The notes below the pieces were generated by a model. That model searched no databases, was not told the origin of the DNA, and saw only the letters and a program-made list of their open reading frames with translations. A program made the translations under genes and the position numbers. DNA of 64,000 nt, taken from assembly GCF_006345805.1 (NCBI RefSeq), contig NC_043009.1, forward strand, positions 57,164,001 to 57,228,000. The letters are read 5' to 3'. The stretch's first letter is position 1. Each line of letters begins with the position of its first letter. Source of the DNA: Octopus sinensis. Its lineage: Eukaryota. Below are positions 1-13,148 of this stretch, one piece after another.

Positions 1-353
1 TAAACGATAATGATGATGATATATATACGTATACAATCATCATTTAATATCCATTTTCCATGTTGGCATGGGTTGGACAGTTTGACAAGATCCAGAAAGC
101 TGCAGGGCTGCATTGTATTCCAATGTCAGCTTTGGCATCTATTGCTGGATGACTTTCCTAATGTCACTCACTTCACAATATGTATTGGGTCTTCTTTTTT
201 TTTACGGCATGCTATCTAGATCTGTACCACAATGTAGCATTGTCTTAGTCTGTAACAGCTGCATAAGACTGCACAAACACATGCAATTATCTAGGTCTAC
301 ACCAATGCCATAATTGTTAGTTAAATTGATAAAATATAATGGAAGACACTTAC

Positions 354-407
354 AGCCAAGCTTTTCTCTACAAGAATCTAGCCACAGTTCCACAGTCTTG
401 TTGTTAC
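354..407 (-). CDS. SUGT1: SGT1 homolog, coding exon 6 (SNNKTVELWLDSCREKLG); gene continues past window start
   Basis: ccttctAG acceptor, GTAAGT donor, 54 nt, phases consistent; WxxxC end of the SGT1 TPR domain. Confidence 0.88.
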
Positions 408-687
408 CTAGAAGGAAGCAGAGAACACTTAAATAATTTAACATGCAATAGACTTATTGTACATTAAAAGGTAGAGAATATTAGTGTGTGTATGTGTGTG
501 TGTGTGATCATCGTCATTATTTTAACACCCACTTTTCTTTGTTAGCATGAATCAGATCAAATTCGTGGAGGTATATTTCTTATAGCCAGAGGCCCTTCTT
601 GTCATCAACTTTGTATCTTACTATAGCCCCAGGTTGACTAGAGCTTTGTGAATGCAGTTATTAGGTAGAAACTGGCAGAAGCCTGTC

Positions 688-726
<39 letters not shown>

Positions 727-899
727 TGCGCATGTGTGTTTCCTTGTGTCCACTCTGTGTGGAAGGTGAAAATCAGTGCCACCATTCTTTCACAAAAATA
801 TTGTTTGGAAATATGGACAAATACTTCCTATTTTAGGACTGGGCTAACCAAAGTTTTTGTGGTAGGATTTGGTAGAAGGAAACAGAAATATATATATAT

Positions 900-1155
900 C
901 GTCCTTGTTTTCGTATACATTCACTTGCTTTCTTCCAAGGAGTCTAATGCTCTTAGCTTAGATTTTCTTGGGGCTGGCCAGATTGGAGCAGTCTAGAGTA
1001 TAACCAGCCGAAACTGCAAAGATGATCTGGAACTCAACTGAGGATAGGGAGCTCTGAATGATCCGTCCTTGTTTTTTCCTGTCCATTTCTGCATCGTCTA
1101 ACTGTTTGGATTTTTAATTGTCGCCTGTTACGTTCTTGTTCCATTTTTTGTTTCC
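900..1155 (+). mobile_element. Repeat fragment homologous to the 3' flank of the Penelope remnant in tandem copy 2
   Basis: gagtataaccag...aagatgatctgg...ccgtcct matches 32427-32535. Confidence 0.45.
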
Positions 1156-1204
1156 TTTATATATATATATATATACACACACATACATATATGTATAAAT
1201 ATAA

Positions 1205-1438
1205 GGCAGCGAGCTGGCAGAAACGTTAGCACGCCGGGGGCGAAATGCGTAGCCGTATTTCGTCTGCCATTAAGTGTTCTGGGTTCAAATTCCGCTGAGG
1301 TCGACTTTGCCTTTCATCCTTTCGGGGTCGATAAATTAAGTACCAGTTATGCACTGGGGTCGATGTAATCGACTTAATCCCTTTGTCTGTCCTTGTTTGT
1401 CCCCTCTATGTTTAGCCCCTTGTGGCTAGTGAAGAAAT
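1205..1438 (+). mobile_element. tRNA-derived SINE (Nin/Deu-domain-like family, family A)
   Basis: A-box tggcagaaacgttag, B-box ggttcaaattcc, core gactttgcctttcatcctttcggggtcgataa; many near-identical copies in the window. Confidence 0.85.
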
Positions 1439-1769
1439 ATATATGTATAAATATATCATCACCATCATCATTGTCATCATTTAATGTCCACTTTCCATGG
1501 GTTGGACGGTTTGATATGGAGCTGGTTAGGCAGAAAACTGCACCATGCTTTGCTGTCAGTTTTGGCATGGTTTTTATGGCTGGATGCCCTTCCTAACACC
1601 AACTACTCTGCAATATATACATACAGTAAACCCTCAACTATTGTGGGTGTTACGTTCCAAAACCTCCCACAGAAATAATTAAAATCTAAAAAAATATAAA
1701 ATCAGCCACAGAAACCTGGATATACTAAGGAGTCCTGTTTGGCATCTTACAGAATTAAACATTACTTAC

Positions 1770-1840
1770 TTTCTAACTTTTGGCCTTCCTGGAACGTATC
1801 TAAAGCTTCTTGATACCTCTTCAATTCAAACTGGCAAATC
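1770..1840 (-). CDS. SUGT1: SGT1 homolog, coding exon 5 (ICQFELKRYQEALDTFQEGQKLE)
   Basis: ctcttgtAG acceptor, GTAAGT donor, 71 nt; similar to the recalled human segment [23 protein letters not shown]. Confidence 0.93.
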
Positions 1841-2476
1841 CTACAAGAGCAGAAAAACATACAAATATAAAGCTACTATATTCAGAATGTCTTTCTGTTG
1901 TCCTAAGGCTAGGTAAAAGCTGCCTCCAGATAGTTATCCCCCTAGAATACAAACAGAAAGTATGGGACTACTATAGGAAATTGGTTATTGAATATTTTCG
2001 TATGGACCACATTGCGTCCACCATAAAGTGGTTAGTTGTCCCATAGGTTTACAAGAATGCATATTTTTGTGTGAATTGTGCCATTACTATACTTTCATCC
2101 ATCATAGTACGACAATAAAAGGCTGTGTGCATATGTGCACAGCTACTGAAACAATTTGGAAGAATGCATACATAGACAGACAAGACTGGCTTTGTGGTGG
2201 TGCAGTCAATTTTTTTTATGCTGGCACCACAAGACACTGCACTGCACATACTGCTATTATACCATTTGTTTGTCAATGAGCCCCTATATGACTGCTTGAC
2301 CTGTTAGAAACAGCAATAAAATGAAGTCCTAGACATAATCACAATGCCTAAAAATAAAACAGGACGGTTACTATCAGAATGTATTTTGACAAATCTGTTT
2401 GATAGTGAGCTAACCAAGATTTAAACAATAATGCCACCATTTGTTGCAAAGAGATAGAAAAAAAATTGTAACTTAC

Positions 2477-2546
2477 CCTTTTCGTATAAATGCTTTTATT
2501 GAGTGAGGATTTAACAAAATGGAATTTTCTGAATCTTCAATGGCTT
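2477..2546 (-). CDS. SUGT1: SGT1 homolog, coding exon 4 (KAIEDSENSILLNPHSIKAFIRKG)
   Basis: ttttgtAG acceptor, GTAAGT donor, 70 nt; similar to the recalled human SUGT1 segment AVADAKKSLELNPNNSTAMLRKG. Confidence 0.93.
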
Positions 2547-3363
2547 CTACAAAAGAGACAAAAAATATCGATTTATAAATATGTATGGTTAGTTAATTCC
2601 ACATTACTAAGTTAGGAGCAAAGGGCCAGTTTCCTGGTTTCTCATGGTGCCAGTTTCCTGGCTATTATGGACTGGAGCTATGTAGAATGAAGTGTTCAGC
2701 TCAAGAACACAATGCATCACCCAGTCCAGGAATTGAAACCAGAATCTTACATTCATGAATCCAACACCCTAACCAGTAATCCATGCATCTCCGCATATGT
2801 ACACGTGTGTGTGTGTATTCAGTTTCATATCTGCAGGTAATCCTTAAACAAGGTTGGTTAATGACAAGAATTCCAGTAGGTTTGAAAGTGATAATATACA
2901 CACAAATTTACTCTCATGTATCAATTTCTCTTCAATTTATCTATAAAGTTGTAAGTAGAAAATGTGCATATGCATGCATGCATGCACACACATTCCCTGC
3001 TGACAAAAAACTATACCACATCAAAGTCTCACACACACACACACACACACTGCATTCTTAAAATAGCAACAGCATTTTACACAAAAGTTTCTTTGTTTCA
3101 TTTACTCATGGAATTCACAACCAAAAAACAAAACAAAAAAAAAATGAGTGAAGGAAGTGACTGAGTTTTCAGGTCAATGCCTGGTATAAACAGACTAAAA
3201 ATACCCCTACAGGGTGTTCAGACGATTTATCTTCCTCACTAGTTACTGAATATCCCACCTTAAATTACTCATATTCTTTAAGTCTAGAAACTAAATCTCT
3301 TGCTGGTGAATCGGATATCCACTTTCTCGTGCACAGCTGTGCAGGGTTTTATATCAAAGTATA

Positions 3364-3926
3364 TAAGGTCTGATCAAAAAGTATTGGAATTGGTGCTATA
3401 AAAAGAAAACTACAACCCATATCAATTTGGCGTTTGATCCCCTTCAAAATAGTCCCCTTCTGAAGCCACATGCTTTTCCCAGTGTCATTTCCATTGATGG
3501 AAGTATTCTTGGAACTCCTATTTTGGGGATTGTGAGCAGCTGCCTTGTTGCATTCTCTTGGATTTCTTTGATATCTTGAAATCTTGTTGAGGGGGGGGTC
3601 TTCCACTGCAAAGACTGAGCCTTGGTTTTGGGGGTCATAGTCATAGACCCACGATCCATCACCTGTTTTGACTGTTTTCAAAAAGTTTCTGTCTTCTTTG
3701 ATACAATCAAGGAGATCCTGCACAGCTGAAAACCCAATCTTCATTTTGAGATGACCACACTCGACACACTCTACTGCTATAAACAACAGAAGAGAGCGAG
3801 ACCGTTATAAGTTAGTGTGCAAGTGTGACGGAGTACAAGGATAATCTGTGCCAAGCAGCTTCTCTCTCTCTGTACTTTAGCTCTGTTACCATAGCAACAG
3901 TCCCAATACATTTTGATCAGACCTCA
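3364..3926 (-). mobile_element. Internally deleted mariner transposon
   Basis: TIRs aggtctgatcaaaaagtatt / aatacattttgatcagacct with TA flanks; TGDGSWVYDYDP motif and FQDIKEIQENATRQL C-terminal segment. Confidence 0.85.
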
Positions 3927-4344
3927 TATTATATTACATACATTTAAAAAAAATGAAAATACTTCGAGAACTTATAGCAAAAAGCAAAAGAGTATTTCCA
4001 TGTTTAGCAAAATAAGCTGATTTCAATTGCTATGTAAAGACAATTTGGTCATGCTGAACTAAAGGGAAAATAAAGTGAAATAAATTAAATTAATCTTCCA
4101 TAACATTAGAGCTGAAAGTTCACATGTTTTCATACAAAAATTACTTTGTGTTTGTGCTTTGTTCTCTTCTGACACCTACCAATAAGGGAAGGAGACAGAG
4201 GACACCATCAGTGTTATGATGTTGGGTTTAGAAAACTATGCTGTACACAGTGAAGAAATAATACTAATGGCAGCTAGAAATTTCCAAAAAGTTACTGAAA
4301 CAGCAGAATTCAAGAACGGAAGGAAGAAGAACAGAACAAGTAGC

Positions 4345-4635
4345 TGGATAGAGAAGGAATGACATGGCCAATTTATACAACAAATTAAGGATGCTGGAAG
4401 TAGAGAACAATAATAGTAGTTGATGGACAAAAACCTGAAGCAAGAAACTGAATCGTTAATAATAACTCCTTAGGAACAAGTCATTAAAATAAATTTGATA
4501 AAGGCAAAGATTGATAAAACTCAGTCAGAGAGCAATTGCAGAATCTGTGGGAGAGGAGAGGAGAATATTAACCATCTCTTAAATGAATGCAATAAGCTAC
4601 CACTAAACAGTATAAGTGCAGGCATGATTGTGTCC
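4345..4635 (+). mobile_element. R4/Dong-like non-LTR retrotransposon remnant
   Basis: HGQF...LKQETESLII..EQ...IDKTQSESNCRICGRGEENINHLLNEC...YKCRHD (CCHC knuckle of RLE elements), with stops. Confidence 0.7.
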
Positions 4636-5289
4636 ACATCCAGAATAAAATGTCTGATAAGATGACTGGAGATCAAACTGATCAAAACATAGTCTAAGCG
4701 AAAATATGAAAATGCTTTATCTCTACAGATGGGAGTTAATAGTCAATAAAATTATATAATAAGAAATTTAACTAATATATATATGGTGTATTACATCATG
4801 ATAGTGATAGCACCATATGTACTTTGTAGATAAAGTGGCTTTGTGATAGCGAAAAACTTATCTGTTAACATAGTAGATAAATAAAACACTGAATCGTATG
4901 GAGACAGAGAACACAGTCATAAGTATTCTGGAAACTGGCATTGTTGAGTTATCAGAGGTAGAAGGTATAGAAGATGAGGAGAAAAACACACACTACAGGA
5001 GTAGAAGATGAAAAGAGAGACATGGGAGAAGTAGAAGCATAACATACAGGGTTAGATGAAATTCAGAAGATACAGGAACAGAAGAGGGATGATACAGAGG
5101 TAGAAAAGGAAGTTCAGGATATGCATGAATATGGAAATTGGAGACAAGCACTAGACCTATGGATATTTGTGATTCAGAAAAGAACCAGCTTAGCCTATTG
5201 GTAATGGTACCCTGTCTTGCAATTTGGTAGAGTGAACCCATGAAATTTGAGTGTCCTGGTTGCAAACTATAACATAGCACTATATAACA

Positions 5290-6190
5290 AGATATGGGCC
5301 ATGGCTGCTGAGGACATACGTAGGCTTGAAAGAAATGAAGCTAGTATGATCCGCTGGATGTGTAATGTCAGTGTGCATACACAACAGTGTGTGCGCCCTG
5401 AGAGAAAAGTTGGACATAAGAAGCATCAAATGTGGTGTGCAAGAAGGATGACTGCGCTGGTATGGTCATGTGTTACGTATGGATGAGGACAGCTGTGTGA
5501 CGAAGTGCCATACCCTAACTGTGGAAGGAACCTGTGGAAGAGGCAGACCCAAGAAGACATGGGATGAGGTGGTGAAACATGACCTTTGAATGTTGGATCT
5601 CACAGAGGCAATGACAGGAGACCAAGACCTTTGGAGATATGCTGTGATTGAGAAGACCCGGCAACTAAAGTGAGATCGTAGCCATAGCCAATGCCAGTGT
5701 TGCATGTCCTTGATGCGTTGGGCAATATGATATGCTTGAGAAGACCTGTTGAGTCAAATAAAACCAAAATCGTAGCTGTGGCCAGTACCTCCTGACTGGC
5801 TCCTGTTCTGGTGGCATGTAAAATGCATCATCCAAATGTGATCGATGCTAGTGCCCCCTGACTGGCTCCCATGCAGGTGACATGTAAAAAGCACCATCCA
5901 AATGTGGCCGATGCCAGTGCTCCCTGACTGGCACCTGTGCCAGTGGTATGTAAAAAGCACTATTTAAATGTGATTGATGTCAGGCCCGCCTGACTGGCTC
6001 CTGTGCCGGTGGCATGTAAAAAGCATCCACTACACTCTAGGAGTGGTTTTGGCATTAGGAAGGGCATCCAGCTGTAGAAACATTGCCAAATCAGATTGGA
6101 GCCTGGTGCAGCTGCTGGCTTTCCAGACCTGTCAAACCATCCAACCCATGCCAGCATGGAAAACAGACATTAAATGATGATGACAATGAT
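5290..6190 (+). mobile_element. RTE-clade LINE 3' end with tandem ~59-bp UTR repeats and (GAT)n tail
   Basis: RLERNEASMIRWMC...WYGHVLRM...GRGRPKKTWDEVV; repeated cctgactggctcctgtgccggtggcatgtaaaaagca at 5770-6030. Confidence 0.85.
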
Positions 6191-6589
6191 GAAAAGGGTC
6201 AATATATAACACTGCATAACTGGTGTGGCTGTGTGGTTTCAGGTTCAGTCCCACTGTGTGGCACCTTGGGCAAATATCTCCCACCATAACCTCAAAAACA
6301 GATGTTAAGTGATGATGTTGATGAGGCTAAACAGCTCCCAATTGCAACAGTAATTTCATTCATATATTCTGTAAGGTCTCACATAGCATCATCATCTTTA
6401 TCATTTTAACATCCACTTTCCCATGCTTGTATGGGTTAGATGGTATTTTTTAAGGCAGATTTTCTATTGCCAGATGCTCTTCATGTTCCCAAGCAAGGTA
6501 ATATTTCCCCTATGACCAGACATTTTTTACCTTACTTGCACATGTGCCTTACTTCGCCTTACTTGCATGGTGGATTGTGAAAAACATTC

Positions 6590-6863
6590 GAGCATGGTCG
6601 TTGCCAGTGTTGCTGGACTGGCTTCCATGCAGGTGGCACGTAAAAAGCACCATTTGAGCATGGCTGTTGCCAGTACCGCCTGACTGATCCTCGTGCCGGT
6701 GACACGTAAAAGCATCCACTACAATCTCAGAGTGGTTAGCGTTAGGAAGGGTATCCAGCTGTAGAAACTCTGTCAGATCAGATTGGAGCCTGGCTCACCA
6801 GTCCTCAGTCAAACCGTCCAACCCATGCCAACATGAAAAGCGAATGTTAAACGATGATGATGA
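6590..6863 (+). mobile_element. RTE 3' UTR/tail fragment
   Basis: Same tail as 5960-6190, ending in gatgatgat. Confidence 0.75.
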
Positions 6864-6965
6864 TTGGAAATGCTTGCATGACAGTGTGTATGTGTATTGT
6901 TGTCTCCTTGCACTCAAAGTTATACACACAGCACAGACACACAACATATATATATTTATATATAT

Positions 6966-8046
6966 ACTAGCAGGTAAGCCCAGTTTCACTCAGTCTGTTT
7001 GGATGATGTGGCTGTGATCGTTTTCGGTTAGGCATAATCTATAACAGTGTTTCTCAACCTTAGCGTTTCGGGTCCCGTTTCAATTGGAGCCTCTAGCTGT
7101 ATGAAAATTTCCTGACTCCTCACCGCCTTGTCAGAAAACAGCTTCAGGAGTTGTGAAGAACGAATTTGTATGCAGTCTGTTTCTGTGAGCTATTCTATTG
7201 GACTCTGTCTAATCATTAAAACATTGATCTAATTATGAACATAGAAAGAAATTATACATTAATCCCTATTTTTGTAAGAAGTTATATCCGTAAAAAAATT
7301 TATGTGCAGAGAGCAGAAATTGAAAGAAGATATATGAAATGGACGTGTGTGTGTATGTGTGTGTGTGTACGTGTGCTTGCGTGTGTGTATGTGAGAGAGA
7401 AAGAGGGTGAGAAAGTGAGATAGAGTGAGTGAAGGTGTGTGTCATGATGATAGACATCTTTTAAGGTACACACACATACATAGAAAATGTGAGTTCATCA
7501 TATAAAATTTTTATGATAGTTAATTTATGGAAAATATGTTAAATTTTTGAAATCCAAATATGTGAATAAAAATTAAGTTCAGACCTCTACATTGTAGGTA
7601 GACCTGGTGGAAATAACAGCCAAATCTCCCTCAAAACACCCTACTGTCTTAATTCTGCCTATTATGTAGTTTGAATGAGAAACTGTAACTAAAGATTAAG
7701 ATTGTTAACCCCACAAAGAGGTGAAAGAAGAGAGACAGCACAGTGAAAGTTTTGGTTGATTGTCATCCTGTACTCCCCTTGTTGCTAGCGAAATGGTATA
7801 TGCTGGCTGTGTGAGCAACTGGTTGTTTTAATGGCGGAACAAACAGGGGAATTCCATTAGAAAAGTTTTAATCGATTTTCTCGGTAACTATAGGGGCTAG
7901 GAAAAAAATACAAACCACATTCCAATCTGGGCACCAGTCTCCACATGTGTGCTATTTTTCACACGAATCCACCTAACCATTTGGCTGTGAACCTCAAGAC
8001 AAGAAAGAATACAATGATCGCCCATGTCCAATTTATATTATAGATA
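6966..8046 (+). mobile_element. Possible non-autonomous Helitron/HINE-like element with internal insertions
   Basis: Starts actagcag..aagccc, ends tttatattatagat, contains internal microsatellites; resembles Lep1/DINE-type ends. Confidence 0.4.
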
Positions 8047-9304
8047 AATGGCACACCTCTTTCAGTTTCAATCACACTAGTGACGAAAGACACTTGCCCA
8101 AGATGCCATGAAGGGGGATTGAACGAGAAACCATGTGAGAATAAAAAAACAGCTGAGGGAAAATACTCAGGGTATTTGTACAACATACAAGTATGACAGG
8201 TTTTCACACGTAATATAGTGAATTAAGTTACCTTCAATAAGACCAGATCCACTCAACAAATTTTCGCTCAACTGAATAGAGTTATTTCCCTTGTTCTTAA
8301 AAATTTTTTTTTTTTTGTAAACCTCTACCTCCAATTCCTCTAGGGAATATTTTGCAACATTTCCTTCAAAACTTGCAGTTGATTGAAGTTTTCCACCTCA
8401 TTATATGTCATATATGCAAGACCCTGCCATATTTTAGTATTTAGAATGCAGAATGGTTTCTCCTGAGGTATTTTCTTCTTAGTAATGTATTATTGTTAAA
8501 TACATTCCATGATTCTGATCCAAGTGGATTTCAGTGGGTAATCAGCACGGATGCAACGTCATGTCATCTTAGACCCATATTTTTTTTCCATCTATAATAT
8601 GTATAAGAGATTTTGTTGGAGCAATTCCTTCACAGTTGGAAGGCTTTCATATTCTTAAAAAAAAAAAAAAAAGAGCAATCCTGGGCAGTGGATTGGAGGA
8701 ACTGTAAAAATGCTGGTGTTAGTTCTGGCACTTTGTGTTTCAAGTTCAAATCTCACCATTGCCTAATTGGGTGGCTAATTGCTTGCTTTAACCACCCAGC
8801 ACCTTGGATGCATTTAAGCAGAGTCTACTGTTACAGGCAGTTGAGGTAGACTTCCAGTACAAGGATATTCCACTTTCTCCTACCTACTAGTCAAGGAGGC
8901 CCTACAGAAAGACATGGCCACTGCCTTCCCTCCTGACTAGAAGGTGAAAAAAAAATAAAAAGAGCTTAATGATCAATCCACGTCTGGAAAGGCAGGTGAG
9001 ACAACCACAAAATTTTAATTAAAATAAGTTAGCGTATTCAGAGGAGGTCGAGTCTGAACTTGGCAGTACGGTAACAACTGTGGATAAGTTTCAGTTTTAT
9101 TACATCTCTTCAGCTGTCCTGCCAAACAGAAATGATTTGTGAGAGATGTTTTTATGAATAATTACTGAATAGTGTGATAATTTAAAATAAGGAGAGAGGG
9201 AAAATTCCAAAAGCTACACACCACATGGAAAACATAGTAGGATATGTGTTAACAAGATAAGACTTATATTTGCATTTGTAGTACTTAAGTATGAGATTTA
9301 TATT

Positions 9305-9760
9305 TGCATATGGATGAGGACAGCTGCGTATGAACTCAAATTGTGGAGGGAACTTGCAGAAGGGATAGACTCAGAAAGATGTGGAACAAAGTGGTGAGAA
9401 AGGATCTTTGACTGCTGGGGCCGCAATGAGGAAATGTCAAAGGACTGGGAGTTGTGGTAGTTTGCTGTACTTGAGAAGACTTGTCAAGCCAAATAAAATC
9501 AGTCATCTATACATACAGTTTTGTCCTTTTACTGGTGTCGGTGTCATGCAAAATGCACTTATGCCGGTGCTGCATAAATGCACCTGTGCTGGTAGCAGGT
9601 AAAAAAGCACCCAACTTACTTTGTAAAGTGATTGGTGTTAGGAAGGGCATCCAGCTACAGAAATCATGCCACAACAGACAATTTGGAGTCTGGCCAGCTC
9701 CTATCAAATCATCCAACCCATGCCAGCATGGAAAACGGACGTTAAACAATGATGATGATG
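9305..9760 (+). mobile_element. RTE LINE 3' fragment
   Basis: atggatgaggacagctg...; ccaacccatgccagcatggaaaacggacgttaa(gat)n tail. Confidence 0.75.
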
Positions 9761-10316
9761 AATTACATTTGTAATGGGGAGAAAGAATCATTATGACAAA
9801 TGAGACTCACTAATCAAACTCCTGATGACAGAACATAACCTGTGTATTCATAGCAAGAAAGCATTGTGCATTCCAACAGTGGCCACTGCAACTGGCTGTG
9901 AAAACTGTTAGTTAAAGATTTAAAGAATCAACTACTAGATTATTTTTGTTTAGCCCTATGATCAAAGACATTCTTGCCATAGCCATCAGCATTTTTGCTC
10001 AGGTGTTTTATCTCACACTATTCAATATGTCATTCCTTCCGTACCAACACCAGCACCATCTATTGGTGCCAGCACAACTCAACTATGTGGATAAGCAATG
10101 GCTCCCTAACTATGTAGTCTTGATTTGGTCCCACTGTGCACCACTTTGGTCAAATGTCTTCTGCTACAGTGCTGGACTGACATAGGTCTTGTGAGTGAAT
10201 TTGGTAGATGGAAACTGAAAGAAGACAGTCATGTGTGTGTGCGTGTGTGTATATATATATCATCACTATCATTTAACATCCATTTTCCAAGCTGGCATAT
10301 GTACCTTTGCCTAGAC

Positions 10317-10640
10317 CAGGCCTGGCCAACTTGAATCATGTTGTGGGCCACTTTAATCACAGAAAGTTTTTGGAGGGCCACTTGTATACTTGAAAACATT
10401 TTGCTTTCTCATGCTATTATTACAATAATGAATGAATGATCATTGATTCAACATGAAATATTATTGTTGCAACAGCAATAGAATCTTTCTTTTTTTCCTT
10501 TTCATTACAATCTTTAATTTTTGATAAAATTTTGAAAATGTTTGTTTAAATAAGCCCATTTTAGAAAAGTATCAAGCAGGCCGCAGGATAAAAGTCTACA
10601 GGCTGCATGTGGCCCATGGGCCTCAGGTTGGCCAGCCCTG
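10317..10640. mobile_element. hAT (Charlie-like) MITE
   Basis: TIRs caggcctggccaac / gttggccagccctg; perfect 8-bp TSD gcctagac. Confidence 0.85.
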
Positions 10641-11116
10641 GCCTAGACAGTATGTGATGGTTGTAAATGAGCATCATCATCATGCAAATGAGGTGGCTAA
10701 TTTCCAGTCTAGCCATGGGGAAATATCCCATTGCTTGGAAACAGGTGAAGGTTGGCAACAGGAAAGACATCCAGCTGTAGAAAAAGGAAGTCTGCAAGCA
10801 TGCTCATGTGGTCCCTGTTGAGTTTGTTGTCTCAATGCTATAAGAAAAAAAATAAAACACCCATGTCTACAGCATTCACCCAAATCACAGGACAGAAACA
10901 GCAGCCAATCTTCCTCACATTACAACATTTTGCTTTTAAGAAAATGAATACACATTGTTGGTCGATTATAACCGACTCAAAAAGGATGGTCGTGACTGGA
11001 ACGTCCTTGATCATAGGGTTGCTCAATTAAGGTTATGGGAGGTTATTAGTCATACATAAATATATTGATTAACGTAAGAGAGAGAATGGGAGGAAGGAAT
11101 GCTTATGAATACTTAC

Positions 11117-11207
11117 TTTCATATTCGTTTAATTTGAAGTAAGCATGAGCCCTGTTGGTGAAATATTCACTTTTGGTTTTATTGGCAGCAATTGCTTTTG
11201 TGAAGAG
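11117..11207 (-). CDS. SUGT1: SGT1 homolog, coding exon 3 (LFTKAIAANKTKSEYFTNRAHAYFKLNEYE)
   Basis: ttttcAG acceptor, GTAAGT donor, 91 nt, TPR consensus. Confidence 0.93.
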
Positions 11208-11513
11208 CTGAAAATATATCAAAAGATAATTACTGTATAGGTCAGTGTATAAAGACATATTGTCAGTTAACAAAGCAGGAGTTAGCTTACCTTCAAGCAA
11301 GTTAGCAACGTACCATACAGTTTCTCCTGAAGGGACAAATCTATGCAATGTAAACACCTGTGATGTCGCAACTCATTTCTACAGCTGAGTGAACTGGAGC
11401 AACATAAAATAAAATATCTTGCTCAAGAACACGTAACCTGGTCTGAGATTCAAACTCACAACCTCACAGTCGTAAGCTCGACGCTCTAACTGCTGAGCCA
11501 TGCGCCTTCACTA

Positions 11514-12400
11514 TACACTACACCCTACATTATTAAGCAAATCAACCTTCTCTGAATAAATAAATATATATTCATTCAAAACCACTTGACTTCCAACTGA
11601 CTGTTGGCAGTACCTATCTGCGCACATTCTGCTAAGATAAATCGGATCTGTACCGACGCCAACAAATGGCAACCATTTTTGTGATTGGACAACATTTTCA
11701 CCATCACAAATTATTAGGCAAGTGTAATAAAAATGATAACTGTTATCAGAACAAACATTTATTTAATTCAACAGTAAAGGTTTAACAAAAAAAATATTCA
11801 TAAAGGACTTAATGGTAAACATAATAATACATTGGAATGAAAATAATCATGGGATTATTGTTCCTTATGTGCCGATTCATTGAATTTGTCAAGGTGATGA
11901 TATCCTCTTGTGTCTTGCTTTGAGCAGCAACTACAATAGCATCCCAGAGGACAACTTTATTTGGAAACTGCTGTCCATCTTGGTAAAAGCACCTTTTCAG
12001 GACGCTCCACAGGTTCTTGATCTGGTTTAACCCGTTTGTTACCAACCCGGCCAAAACCGGCTCTGGCTCTGTAGTACAAATGTCTTGTTTTCATAAGTTT
12101 TGCATCAAAATATACCACTAAACCTTAGTAGCAATTTATATTCCTAATACTAGCTGAATGATAACTAAGTTATTTTACTAAATTATTTGTTATATTTAAA
12201 ATTAATTGAAAGAAACAGAGAGCATCTCAAAATAAATACAGTAACAAAGGGTTAAGTAAAGGGAACAAGGTGGCCACTCCATCAAATGACCTCCAGAGAA
12301 GCCTATTTGCTGCAGGTATTCCTCAGAATTCTTCGCTGCATGAGATGGGGCATTATCTTGCATGAAGACTAGCTTTCACTTGTTCCAGAAAATCAATGTT
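11514..12400 (-). mobile_element. Tc1-like transposon remnant (IR/DR-type end)
   Basis: FMQDNAPSHAA...MEWPPCS..LNQIKNLWSVLKR; repeated attatta(a/g)gcaa motif at about 11528 and 11710. Confidence 0.75.
12031..12251. mobile_element. piggyBac-like MITE inserted in the Tc1 transposase
   Basis: TTAA|ccc(g)tttgttac...gtaacaaaggg|TTAA; removal restores the WPPCSLYLNQIKN frame. Confidence 0.85.
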
Positions 12401-13099
12401 GTACTTGTATATGGATTGTATTTGACTGATATAATTTATTAGATGGTGAAAACTTCACAAATCATTAATCAGAGTCCCTCATTGCTAACCTTTGGGCAAT
12501 AACTGGGGTTAATAATCGCTCAATGATCAGCAACAAGAAGCTATAATTATGTATGACGTTTCACCTTCCAATAAGATATACAGCAACAAGGGCAATAATA
12601 TGGTAAAGAGCAAGGAATGATTTTCATGTTAACCCTTAAGCATTTAAACTGGCCATATTCAGCCAAATCATCCTACATGTTTTATGCTCAAGCTGGCCAG
12701 TTCTGGCCTCTCCTATCTATCCTATGATGTCATTCTAAAAATCAACAATCACAGGATCAAAATCTCAAAGCAACAAAATAATCTTTTCTACTAGGTCCAA
12801 AATTTTGGGGGAAGGGGCCAGTCGATTAGATTGACTTAATTTATTGACCCACCCCAAAGGGATGAAAGGTAAAGTCACCCTTGGAGGAATTTGAACTCAG
12901 AACGTAAAGGCAGACAAAATACCGTAAAGCATTTCGCCTGGCATGCTTATGATTCTGCCAGCTCGCTGCCTTAAGGCAACAAAATAATGCTTGATTGATT
13001 TAAAACGATATGAATTAACGAGTATTGCATTTGACAGAATAATCTTGGAGAAAGAAACAAAAAAAAAAGATGAAATAAAAGTCATAAAATGGAACTTAC

Positions 13100-13148
13100 A
13101 TCAATTGCACTTTGATAATTCTCGTTGACAAATTCATCATTGGCTTGC
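13100..13148 (-). CDS. SUGT1: SGT1 homolog, coding exon 2 (QANDEFVNENYQSAID)
   Basis: ttctttcAG acceptor, GTAAGT donor, 49 nt; resembles the first TPR helix of SGT1 (AxxxFVxxxYxxAxxL). Confidence 0.9.

Noticed and set aside
1205-1300. tRNA genes
   Set aside because: A/B boxes belong to SINE heads; no cloverleaf can be formed
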